Positions 45,953-58,782 of a stretch of DNA of 64,000 nt are shown piece after piece (within the stretch, counting starts at the first letter, position 1; each line of letters opens with the position of its first letter). The position numbers and the translations under genes are program-made. Under the pieces are notes generated by a model that was given only the letters and a program-made list of their open reading frames with translations, was not told the DNA's origin and did no database searches. The stretch comes from Phyllobates terribilis (lineage: Eukaryota). The DNA lies in contig NW_027362763.1 of NCBI RefSeq assembly GCF_046119375.1, positions 807,984,001-808,048,000 of the forward strand. Reading direction: 5' to 3'.

Positions 45953-46203
45953 GACACATGGCCTCAAGACTCCAGAGAGGACGTGATGCTGCTTCAGACA
46001 AATTCCAAGTAGGAATGAGTATAACCGGCGACGTCCACCTAGACACACCAGGTATATATACACCCAGACTAAAGGGAGGTAGTCGCTGGGTCCTAAACAC
46101 AGCCTCCTATTTAGGCAGCTGTCTGCATTGCCAAACTTGGAGATCTCCTGCAAACCACTGCAGGGCGACTGTCTGTCAGCTCTGACACACCCATGACAAC
46201 AGG

Positions 46204-48985
46204 TCACGATTCCGTTGCAGCAGCTCTCTACATTGTTGCTTCTGTGCCGGCGATAGAGTCTCTGCTATCATGACGTCCTCGACTTTGGCTTTTGGACTGG
46301 CTCCCAAACAAGAAGCCCCCAATGTTTCCCGATCTCGCCTTGGCTTGAGCAAGTTCATAGTACACTTGGTGCGGCTTTCTTCGGCCAGGCTGGTGACCTT
46401 TGTAGTTCACTTTGCTGAGTTTCTGCACCACCTTATACTGGCCTCGCCACTTAGCCAGGAACTTGCTCTCGATGGTGGGAATAAGCACCAGGACGTGATC
46501 CCCACGCTGGAACTGTCTCAGCCTCACTGACCAGTTATAGACCCTTTTCTGGGCCTTTTGTGCCTGGAGGACATTTGCCTTGATAGGCATCACTTTCTCC
46601 ATTCTCTCCTGCATCTGGGTGACATGTTCTTTGACGCTCTGGTGGGGAGTAACCTCGGCTTCCCAAGTTTCCTTGGCAATATCCAGGAGCCCTCACGGAT
46701 ATCGTCCATGCAGTAGCTCAAACGGGGAGAAACCCATAGAGGCTTGTGGGGCCTCTCTTACCCGAGAAAAGCAGTAACGGTAGTAGGTAGTCCTAGTCAT
46801 GACCATCCTTCTCTACGACCTTTTTGAGCATTGCTTTTAAGGTTTTATTAAAGCGCTCTACCAAGCCGTCTGTCTGCGGATGGTAAACGGAGGTTCGCAG
46901 CTGGGTAATCTGAAGGACTTTACACAGCTCCTTTATTACCTTGCTCATGAACGGAGTTCCTTGGTCCGTTAGTATCTCCTTCGGCAGTCCGGTCCTGGCA
47001 AATATATGGACAACTTCCCAGCCTGTGCTCCTACTTGATGAGTTTCTCATTGGTTCCGCTTCTGTCTTCCGAGTCGCATAGTCCATGACAACCAGGATAT
47101 ATTGGTGGCCCCAGGCTGTTTTGACTAAGGGCCCCAGTAGGTCCATGGCAATCCTCTCAAAGGGGATTTCTATCACAGGTAGGGGAATTAAAGGACTATG
47201 GAAGTGGGAAGAGGAGGCAGTTATCTGGCAGCTGGGGCAGGACCTTCAATAGTTCAGGATCTCAACCCTTGCCAATAAAACCTCCTCAATATCCTCTTCT
47301 GAGTCTTCTCGACCCCCAGGTGTCCCCCCAGAACATTTGAATGGGTCATTTCTAATATCCTCTGTCAGTATGGCCCTGGAACTAATAGCTGCTCCACTAT
47401 CTCATCACCCCTTGGTTTGGTCACCTGATACAGTAACTCCCCCTGAACTGCTAAGTGTGGGTACCTGGTGTCTGCCCCCAGCTCTTGAACAACCCCATTG
47501 CAGACAGTAACATTGTCCCATGCTCCCTTCAAGGACAAGTCCCGAACTTGAGCAGACCCAAAGTTCTCTCCTGTCACCTCTTACTCATTGAGGTCGGCCT
47601 CCTCGGTCACAGTCTCATCCTCGTCGCCGGCAAGGACACACAATGGGAACTCATTCCCTTTAGATGTTGACTGGGGTATTTCCCTAGTTACCTGGATTTT
47701 GTCCACGTGACTCAGTCCGGTTCCTTTCCCCCACAAGTCCCAGTACAACGGGAAATCGCCCCCCAATATGACGGGATATATCAGGTCCTTAACCACCATG
47801 ACCTCGTGGGATTGGGGACCACAGTCTATTCCCACTGTCACTCTGGCCACAGGGTAGTCCTTGGCGCCCCCATGTATGCAGCGTACGCCCACAGTCTTGG
47901 CAGAGATCAGTTGGTGGGGAAGGTTGGCACTGATTAGGGTCACCAGACTCCCTGAATCCAACAGTCCAAGCATTATCACCCCATTAACGGAAACGTACAT
48001 GCCTGCAGCCCCTCACCAGGTTAATAATCCATGCTACAGGCCGGATGGGCATAATAGGAACAATGCCATCCTAAGCTGCAGTCTATTGGTTCAGGGGACA
48101 TGTGACACCGGGCGGCTATGTGTCCAGGATTATGACATCGCCAGCATACCACATCCCTCACAGCAGTCTTTGCAGGGCCCTCAGTGGGATTGAGACGACC
48201 CCTGTTTGTGACTCTAGACCCCTTACGTGGTGAGCCCACCCCTCTTTGGGTACTTCAGTATAGGGAATTGACTATGTCCAGTTTCCCAAGAGATTTTTCA
48301 ACTACTTGGTACCTCTCTACCAAGCCCACAAGGTCATCTGGACTAGATGTAACAAGTCAAACATCTACGAGCGAGGGGATTTGTCGCCAGCATACGCCCA
48401 CTGGTGTGCTCTGACAGACATAGTCACTTCCGAGCATGCTAGTATCTCGGTCTTTAACTTGGCATACTCCTGTGCATCCTGTAGGGCCAGGCCATAGTAG
48501 GCCTTTTGGGGTTCACTCGTTAAATATGGGGCCAAATATGGGGCCAGCACCTCCGCCAACTGCTCCGGCGGCAGTTTTTCCTATTCTGCTACCCTTTCGA
48601 ACACAGTCAGAAATGCCTCAACATCATCCCCTGGGGTCATCTTTTGCAACCCATGCCTTACCGTCTTCCGGACATATGAGACATCACCTGGAGTTGGGGG
48701 AGGGGAAGCCTCTCTGCTGCGAACTTCCCCTGCTAGAAGTTCCATCTGCCTTTGTTGTTGCTGAATCTCCAGCATCAGGAGTTTATTGGTCTCTTGCTGT
48801 TCTTGCTGTCTCTACAACTGTTGCTCTCGTTGCTGCTGTAGAAACTCTTGGTGCTGCTGTTGTAGGCTCTGTTGGCTCGGCAAGTGCTGCTAATGTTGCT
48901 GTTGTTGGCTCTGCAGCAGGTGCTTCAGGAGCTCTTCCATGCTGCCGGACACCTCTGGCTTGCTGGCAGCCTTTACCCAGGACAT
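46204..48985 (-). pseudogene. G2 gag (SCAN-like, Q-rich), protease and integrase
   Basis: KMTPGDDVEAFLTVFERVAE, EPQKAYYGL, LLDSGSLVTL, QLLVPGPY, IPFERIAMDL, KFLAKWRGQY; several frameshifts. Confidence 0.9.
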
Positions 48986-48986
48986 C

Positions 48987-50020
48987 AAGGCTGGAAGCTA
49001 TGGACGTCACCAAACGCTGGGTTTCCTAGTTTGTTATGCTTTGACAGACCTTTACTGCAGCTGACTTCAGTTGTTGCTTGTTTGTGGTTCTTTCTGCCTA
49101 AAGTTTTGTCTTAAGCATTTGAAATGCATGCTTGATGGGGGTGAGATCTGGTGAGTGACTCGGCCATTGTAGAACAATCCACTTCTTTACCTTAAAAAAT
49201 GTCTGAGTTACTTTCGCAGTGTTTTGGGTCATTGATTGTCCATCAGTACTATGAAGTGATATCCAATCAACCTTGCTGAATTTGGTTGAATCTGAGCATA
49301 AAGTATAACCCTGCACACTTCAGAATTCATCCTACTGCTTCTGTCTTCAGTCACATCATCAATAAATTCTAGTGACCCAGTGCCATTGAAAGCCAAGCAT
49401 GCCATCACACCACCTCCACCATGTTTTACAGAGGATGTGGTGAGCTTGGATCAAAAGCCGTTCCAAGGCTTCTCCATACTTTCTTCTTCCCATCATTGTG
49501 GAAAAGGTTGATCTTAGTTTCATATGTCCAAAGATTGCATTTCCAGGACTGGGCTGGCTTCTTTAGATGTTTTTTTGGCAAAGTCTAATCTGGCTTTTCT
49601 ATTTTTAAGGCTGATTAATGGTTTGCACCTTGTAGTGAACCCTCTGTATTTGCTTTCATGAAGTCTTCTTTTTATGGTAGACTTAGATACTGAAACAAGC
49701 TTTCAAATGCAAATGCCACACCTGGAATATGCTCCAGACCTTTTACCTTCTTAATTAATTATGGATTAACAAGAGAATAGCCCATGCCGTTTATTAATGA
49801 GCTTTTGAGATAATTGCTCAATTACTTTTGGTTTGAAAAATAGGCAGCTACATATAAGATCTGTAATTTCTAAACCCTTAATCTAGTTAGGATGTGAATA
49901 AATTAAAAATAACGCGGAGAGTCTGCACTTTAAGCCCATATTGAGTATGTAACTGTATCTTGAATATGTTTTGGTAAACAGCTAAAATGCCAAAACTTGT
50001 GTCACTGTCCAAACATATAC
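48987..50020 (-). mobile_element. Tc1-like transposon fragment (deleted)
   Basis: KKWIVLQWPSHSPDLTPIKH...NKQQLKSAAVK...ETQRLVTS; TIR-like TTTGGACAGTGACAC near 50010. Confidence 0.75.
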
Positions 50021-50324
50021 ACAAAGCTGCACGAAAGGAGTGAATGATCACAATAAAACATATACAGTATATCATAAAAAATATGAATTTTATTAGTACA
50101 TCAAGTTAAAAAAGAAACTTTTAATATATATTAAAATAGAGTGGAGTGATGCACTAAAAAATAAGAAAGTTCATGACAAACGTATTTAAGTAACATATGC
50201 GTGGATTAGTTAATTGAATTGCTGTATCCTGAATCAAATAGATATATATATATAAAATGAGATACAGCAGATATATATCAAATAGACATATAAGTACTTA
50301 GTAAGGAAATAGATAAACTGCATA

Positions 50325-51140
50325 CAATGGGGAAAATAAGTATTTGATACACTGCCAATTTTGCAAGTTTAACCCACCTACAAAGAATGGAGAGGTCTGT
50401 AATTTTTATTGTAGGTACGCTTCAACTGTGAGAGACAGAATCTAAAAAAAACAGTGACTCACATTGTATGATTTTTAAATAATTGAATTTCATTTTTATT
50501 GCATGAAATAAGTATTTGATCACCTACCAGGCAGCAAGAATTCTTGCTCTCACAGACCTATTAGTTTTTCTTTAAGGAGCCTTCTTACTCTGCACTCATT
50601 ACTTGTATTAAATGCACCTCTTTGAACTCGTTACCTGTATAAAAGACACCTGTCCACACACTCAATCAATCACACTCAAAACTCTCCACCATGGCCAAGA
50701 CCAAAGAAGTGTTTAAGAACACCGGGGACAAAATTGTACACATGGGAAACAGGACAATAGGTAAGCAGCTTGGTAAGAAGGTCAGGAATCAGCCCAGCCC
50801 TGAACGATTTGGAGCAGATCTGTATGAAGGAGTGGACCAAAATTCCTGCTACAGTGTGTGCAAACTTGGTCAAGAACTTACGGAAGCATTTGACCTCTGT
50901 AACTACAAACAAAGGTTTCTGTACCAAATATTAAGTTCTGTTTGTCTATTGTATCAAATACTTATTTCATGCAATAAAATGCAATTTAATTATTTAAAAA
51001 TCATAGCGATTTTCTGGATTTTTTTTTAGATTCTGTCTCTCACAGTTGAAGTGTACCTACGATAAAAATTACAGACCATTCTTCGTAGGTGAGAAAACTT
51101 GCAAAATTGCCAGTTTATCAAATACTTATTTTCCCCACTG
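50325..51140 (+). mobile_element. Internally deleted Tc1-like element with long TIRs (816 bp)
   Basis: CAATGGGGAAAATAAGTATTTGATA and ATCAAATACTTATTTTCCCCACTG; TA TSD; MAKTKE.. N-terminus fused to a C-terminal transposase remnant. Confidence 0.9.
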
Positions 51141-52316
51141 TAGATACATACACGTGTGTATTTGTATGTTTATCCGCAAGTGTGTCCTCTAGAGATTAGC
51201 GAGCATGCTCGCTACTGCTCAGTGCTCGCCTGAGCATCTCACTGCTCGAGATGCTCAGCGCTCGCCGAGTATTTCCGGGGTTGCTCGGCGGGAACTCGAG
51301 TCCCCTCCCTGCATGTTTGGCGCTCTTTAGAGCGCCAATCAACATGCAGGGATTGCCTGCCACTCATTGTAATGCCGCAGCCATGGTGGTTATGGCATTA
51401 CAGTGATTGGATGGCCGCACAGCGTCATCAGGTCTATATCAGACCTGGCGCCGCTGTGCTCATCATAGTCACTCCGGAATCAGGCAGAGTAGGGAGAGGT
51501 GCTGCTGCGTCAGGGAGAGATTTGCTTGTGTATTAGGCAGTGTAGGGAGAAAAACCGTCCATACACATATCCATCTTAACAAACAGTCCTTTTGAGGACT
51601 AACTAATCCATCTGCAGACATATCAATCAGGCAGGGTATGTAGGCAGGCAGTGTATATAGCACAAGAGGCTCCATTCCTATTCTGTCTTCTGCTGCTGTT
51701 AGTTATTTCTATACAAAGGCCCAGGTCTCAGGGGCCAGGAATACTTTTTTTGGGATCTTAATCCTCATTATTTGATTAAAAAGCAATCCAGAGAACACCG
51801 TTTTTCTGCGCCATTTGCTTGTTGGCACTGCAGAATACAGCCAGGTCCTTTCCATATTACAGCGCTAGAAAACCACTGCAGAATACAGCCAGGTCCTTTC
51901 CATATTACAGCGCTAGAAATCCAGCTATTTAAAACTGTGTTTTCTCCGTCACACAGATCACATATACTTTTTCAGAAAATATTGCCATCTTTGGCCTCCA
52001 TTCCAATTTTTTTCACTGTGTCAGCGAAGTTTTTGACACCGGTTTGCTGTTCAAACTAGTTACCTACAGGCCAGGTATTTAAAACACTGTTTTCTCCGTC
52101 ATGTGGATCACATATACGTTGTCAGAAAATACTGCCATTTCTGGCCTCCATTTAAAATTTCTTTCAGTGTATCAGTGAAGAAATTCAAACCAGTTTGCTG
52201 TTCAAACTAGTTACCTACAGGCCGGGTGTTTAAACCTCTGTTTTCTCCATCACATGGATCACATATACGTTGTCAGAAAATACTGCCATTTCTGTCCTCC
52301 ATTAAAAATTGACAGA

Positions 52317-52680
52317 AGGGAGAAGCCAGGGAATAGAGGGGTGACAGGTGGATTAGTCGGGCAGTAGAGTTTAGGATAGATTGGAGGGGTGCAAGAGTGT
52401 TTGAAGAGAGACCATAGAGCAGGAGGTTGCAGTAATCGAGGTAGGAGATGATGAGGGCATGCACTAGTGTTTTTGTAGATTCATGGTTGAGAAATATGCA
52501 GATCCGGGGAATATTTTGGAGTTGGAGTCAGCAGGAAGTGGAATGGGCTTGGATCTCAGGTTTGAAGGAGAGATCAGAGTCAGGCTTGTGGGACTGGGTA
52601 GAGCGGGCTGCCATTTACTTTGATGGATAGGTCAGTTGGGGAGGTTGAATGAGAGGGTGGAAAAATGATGAATTCGGTGA
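52317..52680 (-). mobile_element. L2-type LINE ORF2 fragment inserted in hAT copy 2
   Basis: HALIISYLDYCNLLLYGL...LAPLQSILNSTARLI. Confidence 0.75.
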
Positions 52681-53085
52681 TACTGATGAGACTCAGATAC
52701 CTGAGGTGCATGCGAACTGTACAGTGCTATCAGGGCAGGAAGAGGAGGAAGGTGACTCTCAGGATGAAGAGTGGGAGAACAGATAGGATGATGATGAGGT
52801 TGTTGATCCCACTTGGTGTGAACTCAGAGGCATGCAACTGAGTTGCTCAGCAGAGGAGGTGGAGGAGGAGGAAGACGAGGAGGTTACGTTGCGGCTTCCC
52901 GCACAGACACTGAGTGAACAAGCACGACAAGCACTGCATCCACAGCCACAACTGTGGCTGTGGCCAGCAGCGGTCGCGGGTATACAGTTTTTGGAGACTG
53001 CAAAGGATGACACAACTCATGTTATCTGCCAACTTTGTTAAAAATGACTGAGTAAACGCAAAAATTGCAATAAGTTGACTACTAC

Positions 53086-53381
53086 ATGTTCTGTTAACCC
53101 TTTCGACGAGTATGCTCGGGCCGAGCACCGAGTAGTTACAGCTGCTCGGTGTTATGTTTGAATCACTCCCGTGTGCATGATTTGCGACTGTTTGATAGTT
53201 TTAGTATATGTAAGTAATGTCTATTTCTTACACATTCCTCACATGTATTAAAGTTGTCAAACAGTCGCAAATCATGCACACCGGAGTGATTCAAACATAA
53301 CACCGAGCAGCTGTAACTACTCGGTGCTCGGCCCGAGCATACTCGCCGAAAGGGATAACAGAACATACTCGCTCATCACTA
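53086..53381. mobile_element. hAT-family fold-back MITE inserted in the BED-finger coding region; left tip missing
   Basis: ~115-bp inverted arms; right end CATACTCGCTCATCACTA. Confidence 0.82.
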
Positions 53382-54457
53382 ATCAACATACATTAGACTG
53401 GGAATCTCACTGCGCTAAAAGACAGACTAGTGGGCCTCACCAACCACCTGCCACGCCTGCAACTGCTACTTCTTCCTCCTCCATCACCTTGGCAAGTGTT
53501 CTCACACAGATCTCTTGCCGCAGAACCTCCACTTGTTTGCCCGCTACAGTCGGGGTGAGTGAGAGCCTGTCAGCTGTTACGGAACAAACCTACTGTTTTT
53601 GACCGATCTCAGACACCGAGCACACTACATCTTTCTCAATCCACCATAACATCTCCGCCTGCACGTCTCTCACATTCCAGCAGTTTGTCAAATTCACCCT
53701 ACTCCACCCTCTCTCAGCACAGCAGCCAGCCCTTGGTCCCGCAGTTGTGGTCACGTAAAAGATTGTTTCCTCATATATATGCAAAGTAAAGAGCTTGAAC
53801 TTCTCCATCTCCAATCTGTTGGCCTTTCCGTCTGGTGGATACAGACAGTTTCAGAAAGCTGATGGCAGGCGCAGTCCCCCAGTACCAGTTTTGCAGTCTT
53901 TACTTCTCTAAGAAAGATGTGCCTGCACTACACCAGCATGTTGCAGACAACATCACCCATTCCTTGAAAAAATCTATATCTGACAGGGTGCATTTCACCA
54001 CTGACACCTGGACAAGCAAGCATGGCCACGGGCATTACATCTTGTTGACTGGTCCCTGGGTGTCTCTGGTGGTTGTGGGGGCAGGCGGGGAATGGGCTTC
54101 TCCACAAGTATTGGAATCCCCAAGGCTTGCAGGGCACTTGGGGATGGAGAACTAAACCACTACCCACCAAAAGATGGAGAACTAAACCACTAGTCACCAA
54201 ATGTTGGAATCCCCAAGGCTTGCAGGACTAACCTCTGTATCTAACATTTCCTCTACTGCTTCTGCCTCCTCCACCTATTCTAGGGCCTCCACCTACACCC
54301 TCAACCTCTGCCTTAATGTGACACCTTTTTTGTGGCTTCTATGCCTGCTGTTGCTACTGCTCCTGATGTTACTAATAATTTTTTGAAATGTGGAGACTCC
54401 AAGTTGGGTCTCCATCTGGTGGGTTGCCTGTAGTGGAAGGGTGTCAAAGCCCCATTA

Positions 54458-57109
54458 GGTTAAGTGCACACTGAGCGTTTTTTATGCATTTTCACTGCAT
54501 TTTATCCGAGCGGAATTGCACCAAAAACACTAGGTCATTGTGTTAAAAAAACACAACATGTCCATTCTTTGTAGCGTTTCTGCAGTGCAAAAAAGCTTAA
54601 AGAATGATACCTGGGTCGGGGAAGAAGACTACTTCTCCCATCATCCGACTTCCGCTCCCGCTGATAACTGCGAGAGAGGCGCGGCTAAGGGGAGAAGTAG
54701 TCTCCTCAGCCAAGCTGGGGCTGTGCGCGATGAAAAAAAAAAAAAGTAAAAATCAATATCAAAATAAAAAACACCTTTTATCCTCACCTGTCTGATGTCC
54801 CCTGGTGTCCTGCCGTCCTCCTGATGTTCCCTGGCGACGCGATCATCCCGGCGGCCGGCCTTACACTGACGAGAGTGCGCTCGCTCCTGGCACTGTACAT
54901 AACTGCTGCCGGCTGAGGTCACACGAGTTCATCAGCTGAAGATCACTTTACAGGACCTGTGCTGTGTGGGAATATTCTCATGAATGTTCCCACGCAGTAC
55001 TGATGCAGTATGAGGTCACCAGGACTGATCAGCTGATCTTCAGCTGATGAACTCACCTGACCTCAGCCTGCAGCAGAGCAATGTACACTGACAGGAGTGA
55101 TTTTACACTCCTGTCAGTGTACAGTGCTGCCTACTACAGCATTCACATCAGTGATGGATGTGACTGCTGAAGTGACCCGGATCGCTGAGGAACAATCTGG
55201 ATTGCGTCATGACGGCAGACAGGTGAGGGATATTGTTGTTCTTTTTTTTTGTTTTATTTTCAGGAGACGAGGGCATCGGGAATGGAGAGAACAATAAAAA
55301 AGTTATTAAAACCATGTGTAATTTTATTTCAATAAAATACTTTATTCTGGCGGTGTCTTTATTGAAAAAGCGCTGAAAACGTAACTACTGGGTTAGTAAA
55401 GGGGGCGTCTTATAGATGCCTCTCCATTACTAACCTGGGCTTCATGTCAGCTGCCAATACAAGGCTGACATGAACCACAACCCCATTACCCCACTCGCCA
55501 CCGCTACACGGCAGTGAGAAGAGCGGAGTCTAAGTGCTATATTTTGCGCATCTTATGGATGCACCATCTCTGGGACTGCTGAGGGGTGATATTATTAGCC
55601 GCGGAGGTGGCTAGTATCCATGGCCCCTTCCCTGGCTATTAATATCAGCCCGCAGCTGTCTGTTTAGCCTTTCTGGTTAGATTTTATAGGGGGACTCTAC
55701 GTCAATCTTTTTCTGGGGTCCCCCTTTAATTTAGCCAGTAAAGGATAAGCAAACAGCTGTGAGCTATTATTAATAGCCAGGGAGCATTTTTGGCTAATGG
55801 CCCCTTCCCCGGCTACTAATATCAACCCCCAGCAGTCGACTTCCCCTCTGATGTTATAAAAATGACGCCAGAGCCCACGCCATTTTTTTTACATTTTTTA
55901 GGCTATGTGCCCACGATCTAGACGTACCAGCGCTTTGGATGCAGCATATTTTTGCTGAGTCCAAAACACTGCGTTCTATTGAACGCAGGTAAATTCACAT
56001 GTGTTCACTTAATCATGCAAATTACCATATTCAATACATTCTAGTGGTCAAATTTCTGTTGTAGAGACTAGCGACTCTGCAAGAGAATTTGGTATGCTGC
56101 GGTCCTGAAAGACGCACCACATGTCAGTGTTCATGAGTGATCTGCAGCCTCAGATGTACGCATAGAGAACATGGGATTTCTAGAGATCCCATCCACTATG
56201 CTGTAACATCTGGATGCTGCGGGTTTGACGCTGCATAAACATGCAGCTTCAAACCTGCAGCGGCTCCTGACTGTGGCCATGTACCCAATCTCACCCGCAG
56301 AATGTCAATTTCTGTAGCGGACACGCTAGTCTCCGCTGCAGATTTTGACCGATTGAAATGTCATTATATGTGGTGGATCCGCATGTATTGACAATAAAAT
56401 TGCGTCATTAGAACACAGTGTTTTGGGTGCAGCAAAAATATGACGCATCCAAAGCGCTGCTACGTCCGGATCGTGGGAAAATACGCTGCATCCAAAGCGT
56501 TGCTTGTTGCTGTTCGTGAGAATGTAGTGGCTAATGAAACAGCTGTGAACTGATATTAATTGCCAGGGAACATGTTTGCCTAATGGCACCTTCCTAGGCT
56601 AAAAATAGCAGCTCTCAGCTGTCCCAGAAGTGACTTGAATGGAAATGTTAATGAGATTGGTTGTTTGGGATTAGCTGACACCTAGCCCTTTTGTTTGGTG
56701 ATGACAAGGTGTCAATCAGACCCTTTCATTACTAACGCAAAGAGTTAAATAAACACACACACACACACACACACACAGAGTAAAACACTTTATTTGAAAT
56801 ACAACAGACACATTCTTTAATCATTTTAATTAACCAATATACTCACCCCAGGTCTGGCGGTAATCTAAGGATTGAAGCAATGTCTCACGTTTTTTTTTTC
56901 AAATATCTTTATTTAGCTCCAAAAATCATTCATTGATGTCCAAAAACGCATAAAAAAAACCGCATTAAAAAACACATAAAAACCACATTAAAAAATGTGT
57001 CAAAATCACGGCAAAACTGACTTTTTTTTCCACAGCATTTTTCCTGCCAAGAGACAGAGAAACGCTGCAGTAATTTCTGCTTTCAAATCCTGATTGTGCG
57101 CACATAGCC
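54458..57109. mobile_element. Non-autonomous PIF/Harbinger-like element (~2.65 kb) with a nested MITE at ~55901-56480
   Basis: GGTTAAGTGCACAC and GTGCGCACATAGCC ends with TTA on both sides. The inner MITE starts TTA-GGCTATGTGCCCACGATC and has an inverted partner at ~56440-56478. Confidence 0.68.
56752..56776. repeat. (CA)n microsatellite
   Basis: Direct inspection. Confidence 0.9.
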
Positions 57110-57124
57110 TTATACTATTTCTAC

Positions 57125-57205
57125 TCTGTGGAAATTGTTAATGTCTGTAAAGTGCTGTGGAATTAATGGCGCTATATAAGTGAGTAAAATAAATAAATAA
57201 ATAAA
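57125..57205 (+). mobile_element. L2-type LINE/SINE 3' tail
   Basis: TGTAAAGTGCTGTGGAATTAATGGCGCTATATAA followed by (AAAT)n. Confidence 0.6.
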
Positions 57206-57389
57206 AATTGATGCCACTTTATTGGTATCTACCCACAATTCTTGGAAATGTTTGGTCTACAAATTGAGTCTCCTCCACGTGTGTTGCCTGAATTTGGCCG
57301 AGCTCTCAGAGCACCAGGCGTACACCTGTCACTCATCCACCTGTTACTGATCAAAGTTTAAGTTAGAATTGATGCTCCAAGCCCTGTCC

Positions 57390-58782
57390 CATACTAAAAT
57401 GTGGCCTGGTTCCAGGACCACGCTATTAGGACAACCAATTTAGATTCTGAAATTTGGACTCCTTGATGGAGCACAATATTAGCACAAAATATTTATATGC
57501 TGACATGTGGCCTGGTTTCTGGACCACGCTATTAGCACATATAACTTAGATTGTGAAATGTGGACTTCTGACTGGAGCACAATACTAGCACAAAATAATT
57601 AAAAGCTGAAATGTGACATGGTTTCTGTAGTACGGTAGTACCAGAAAAAAATTAGATTTTGGATAGAGCAGAATCTCAGCGTAAAACAATTACAAGCTCA
57701 GATGTGGCCTGGTTTATGTAGCACGTTAGTAGCAGCAAAAAATTTATAGTGTCAACCCCTGGATGAAGCGGAATATCAGCACCAAAGAATTAAAATCTCA
57801 AATGTGCACTAGTTTCTATAGCACGGTAGTAACAGAACAAATTTAGATTTTTTAATGTCAACCCCTGGGTGGAGTTTTTGTAGGACCGTAGTAGCAGCAA
57901 AAATTTAGATTTTCTAGAGTGAACTCATGGATGGAGTAGAATATCAGCACAAAAGAATTAAAAGCTGAAATGTGGCCTGCTTTATGTCGCACAGTAGTAA
58001 GACAACAAAGATAGATTTTATCATGTGAACTCATGGATGGAGAACAATATCAGCACCAAAAAATTACAAGCAGAGATGTGGCCTGCTGTATCACGTTAGA
58101 AACAGAAAAAATTAGATTTCTGTACTGTGGATGAGGCCTGTATACACCAGAATATATGCACCAAAAATTACAAGCTGAAATGTGACCTGCTGTATGTAGC
58201 ATATTAGTAATAGAAAAAAATAGATTTTTTACTGTGGTCGAGCTCTGGATACAGCTGAGTTTCACTGAAAAAAAAATACAAGCTGAGATGTGGCCTGTAT
58301 CACGTTAGTGACAGAAGAAATTAATTTTTTCCCCACTGTGGATGAGCTCTGCATACAGTTGAATTTCACTGCCAGAAAAATACAAGCTGAGATGTGGCCT
58401 GCTGTATCACGTTAGTAACAAAAGAAATTAGATTTTTTTTTCACTGCGGAAGAGCTCTGGATACAGCTGAATTTCACCGCCAGAAAATGACAAGCTGAGA
58501 TGTGGCTTGCTGTATCACATTAGTAACAGAAAAAAATAGATTTTTTTTACTGTGTACGAGGTCTGTATACAGCAGAATATATGCACCAAAAATTACAAGC
58601 TGAGATGTGGCCATCTGTATGTAGCATGTTAGTAATAGAATAAATTAGATTTCTTTTTACTGTGGATGATCTCTGGATACAGCTTAATTTCACCGCAAAA
58701 AAAATACAAGTTGAGAAGTGGCCTGCTGTATCCCATTAGTAACAGAAGAAACTGGATTTTTTTTTACCGAGGACGAGGTCTG
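57390..58782. repeat. Degenerate ~105-bp satellite array
   Basis: Recurrent TACAAGCTGAGATGTGGCCTGCTGTATCACGTTAGTAACAG...AGATTT; cut by the LTR at 58783. Confidence 0.85.

Larger units (their letters stand above)
40977..46198. mobile_element. Solo LTR (~574 bp: 40977-41308 + 45957-46198) split by the cold-shock-domain element
   Basis: TGTCACG...CATGACA termini; 5-bp TSD ACAGG (40972-76, 46199-203). Confidence 0.88.
39148..48985 (-). mobile_element. Gmr1-like Ty3/Gypsy element G2 (gag-PR-IN-RT-RH order), 5' LTR lost, split at 40977-46198
   Basis: gag from ATG 48985, knuckle CWRCHNPGHIAARC, PR LLDSGS, IN FERIAMDLLGPL/TDQGTPF/HPQTDGLVERFN (46793-47176), RT, RH, PPT, 3' LTR. The frame rejoins across the TSD (RNRD-LFLELSGRT). 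Confidence 0.92.
51190..54400 (+). mobile_element. hAT (BED-type) transposon copy 2, decayed, related to 11936-15628
   Basis: TAGAGATTAGCGAGCATG terminus; subterminal ~1 kb homologous to 14600-15628; BED remnant FLETAKDDTTHVICQLC; RVHFTTDTWTS. Confidence 0.8.
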
